Below are positions 63,393-64,000 of a stretch of DNA of 64,000 nt, in pieces. The stretch is from Trypanosoma brucei. Lineage: Eukaryota. The stretch spans positions 2,368,001 through 2,432,000 of the forward strand of contig CM000208.1 of assembly GCA_000002445.1 (NCBI GenBank), read 5' to 3'. Each line of letters begins with the position of its first letter. Positions within the stretch are counted from its first letter, which is position 1. Both the position numbers and the translations under genes were made by a program. The notes below the pieces were generated by a model. That model saw nothing but the letters and a program-made list of their open reading frames with translations, was not told the origin of the DNA and did no database searches.

Positions 63393-64000
63393 ATGAATTC
63401 TGCTGCGAGTGAAGAGCAAACTAATGTGTTTCTGATGGCCATTCGGCCCGGAGGAATTCTGTATCCTCAACTTCAGTGTGCACCGATGGAGGTTTTGTGT
63501 TGCCCGCGGCAGTCGTCCCTTGTAGAAACCGGGTTTGCACCTTATCTCTCGCTTCCTGCGCCTGTTGAGAATTCGGTTGTTACGCTTTCTATCAACGAAA
63601 CGACATTTCACTTGACATCAACACAACAGGAAAAGGTGTCGCAGGTCCTTCGTGAGGAATTTCTCGTGTATCACACACTGCGTTTTGCGAGTGTTGCCTC
63701 GTCTTCGTTTGTTACTGGACGTGGACACAAAGGTGAGTTTTCTTCTGATCTGAAGAGCATAGCACGCTTTGGCCGTATCGGTGCCTGCGCGGTGATTGGT
63801 GACTCGATTACCGTTCAGCTGCAACAGCGAGAGGAAAGGACGCTCCCCGATGGAGGCGTCAATGTGTTCATTTTGGAAGAACCCTTTATGGATGCAAGCG
63901 AGAGGCAGAACTCTATCGCGGCGCTAAAGCGTGCAGTTGGTTGCTCAGATGATGGCTCTCCACAAAACGCTTTGGGGAGTAGTGGTGGGGCGTCTCCTTC
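63393..64000 (+). CDS. Hypothetical protein, 5' portion only (ORF runs off the 3' end of the window)
   Basis: ATG at about 63393 followed by an open frame of more than 200 codons to the window end, with no stop. Preceded by a long non-coding gap after MRT4. No domain recognised in the visible portion. Confidence 0.4.
   Translation, partial: MNSAASEEQTNVFLMAIRPGGILYPQLQCAPMEVLCCPRQSSLVETGFAPYLSLPAPVENSVVTLSINETTFHLTSTQQEKVSQVLREEFLVYHTLRFASVASSSFVTGRGHKGEFSSDLKSIARFGRIGACAVIGDSITVQLQQREERTLPDGGVNVFILEEPFMDASERQNSIAALKRAVGCSDDGSPQNALGSSGGASP

Noticed and set aside
1-64000. Search for a CRISPR array, prokaryotic defence system, toxin-antitoxin pair or mobile element
   Set aside because: The window is eukaryotic (kinetoplastid). 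It has no repeat-spacer architecture, no transposase, integrase or reverse-transcriptase ORF, and no inverted terminal repeats. The only repeats are simple di- and trinucleotide microsatellites.

Overview
This 64 kb window reads as a core chromosomal region of a kinetoplastid, most likely a Trypanosoma of the T. brucei group. GC is moderate (about 50%), there are no introns, and the intergenic regions are AT-rich microsatellites and polypyrimidine tracts.

I can support 29 protein-coding genes, all on the + strand: 28 complete and one 3'-truncated. The window is one directional gene cluster with no strand-switch region inside it. Every minus-strand ORF in the track is short and sits inside a + strand CDS or a low-complexity intergenic region, so I treat them all as spurious.

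Most genes are housekeeping:
- 26S proteasome ATPase RPT6
- a TRIP12/UFD4-like HECT E3 ligase with a WWE domain
- an alternative-oxidase-fold protein
- a gamma-tubulin complex component
- a DDX24/MAK5-like DEAD-box helicase
- ribosomal proteins L22e and L18e
- MRT4
- an M3A mitochondrial intermediate peptidase
- a DNAJC9-like J-protein
- an AAAP amino-acid transporter
- a HemK/MTQ1 methyltransferase
- a CFAP298 homologue
- COQ8/ADCK3-like ABC1 kinase
- a PSP1-C protein
- a PHD plus extended-PHD reader
- a Qa-SNARE
- ITPase
- a PHB-depolymerase-family esterase
- several hypothetical proteins

I found no CRISPR array, no prokaryotic defence locus, no recognisable transposon, and no tRNA or rRNA I can defend by eye.

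The observations most worth a second look are:
- an AOX-fold gene whose diiron ligands appear substituted (E to K, H to W), which suggests a pseudoenzyme;
- a 1024-aa protein built from a strict tandem 37-residue helical repeat (HPR/FASTK-like, probably an organellar RNA-binding protein);
- a signal-peptide esterase of a mainly bacterial/fungal family (PHB depolymerase type), a candidate for horizontal acquisition;
- two unusually long intergenic gaps (2.9 kb and 2.1 kb), one of which carries an orphan polypyrimidine tract.

All functional calls come from motif recognition by eye, with no database search. Start codons are taken from the ORF track or from the internal Met that begins the conserved region, and should be refined by spliced-leader mapping.
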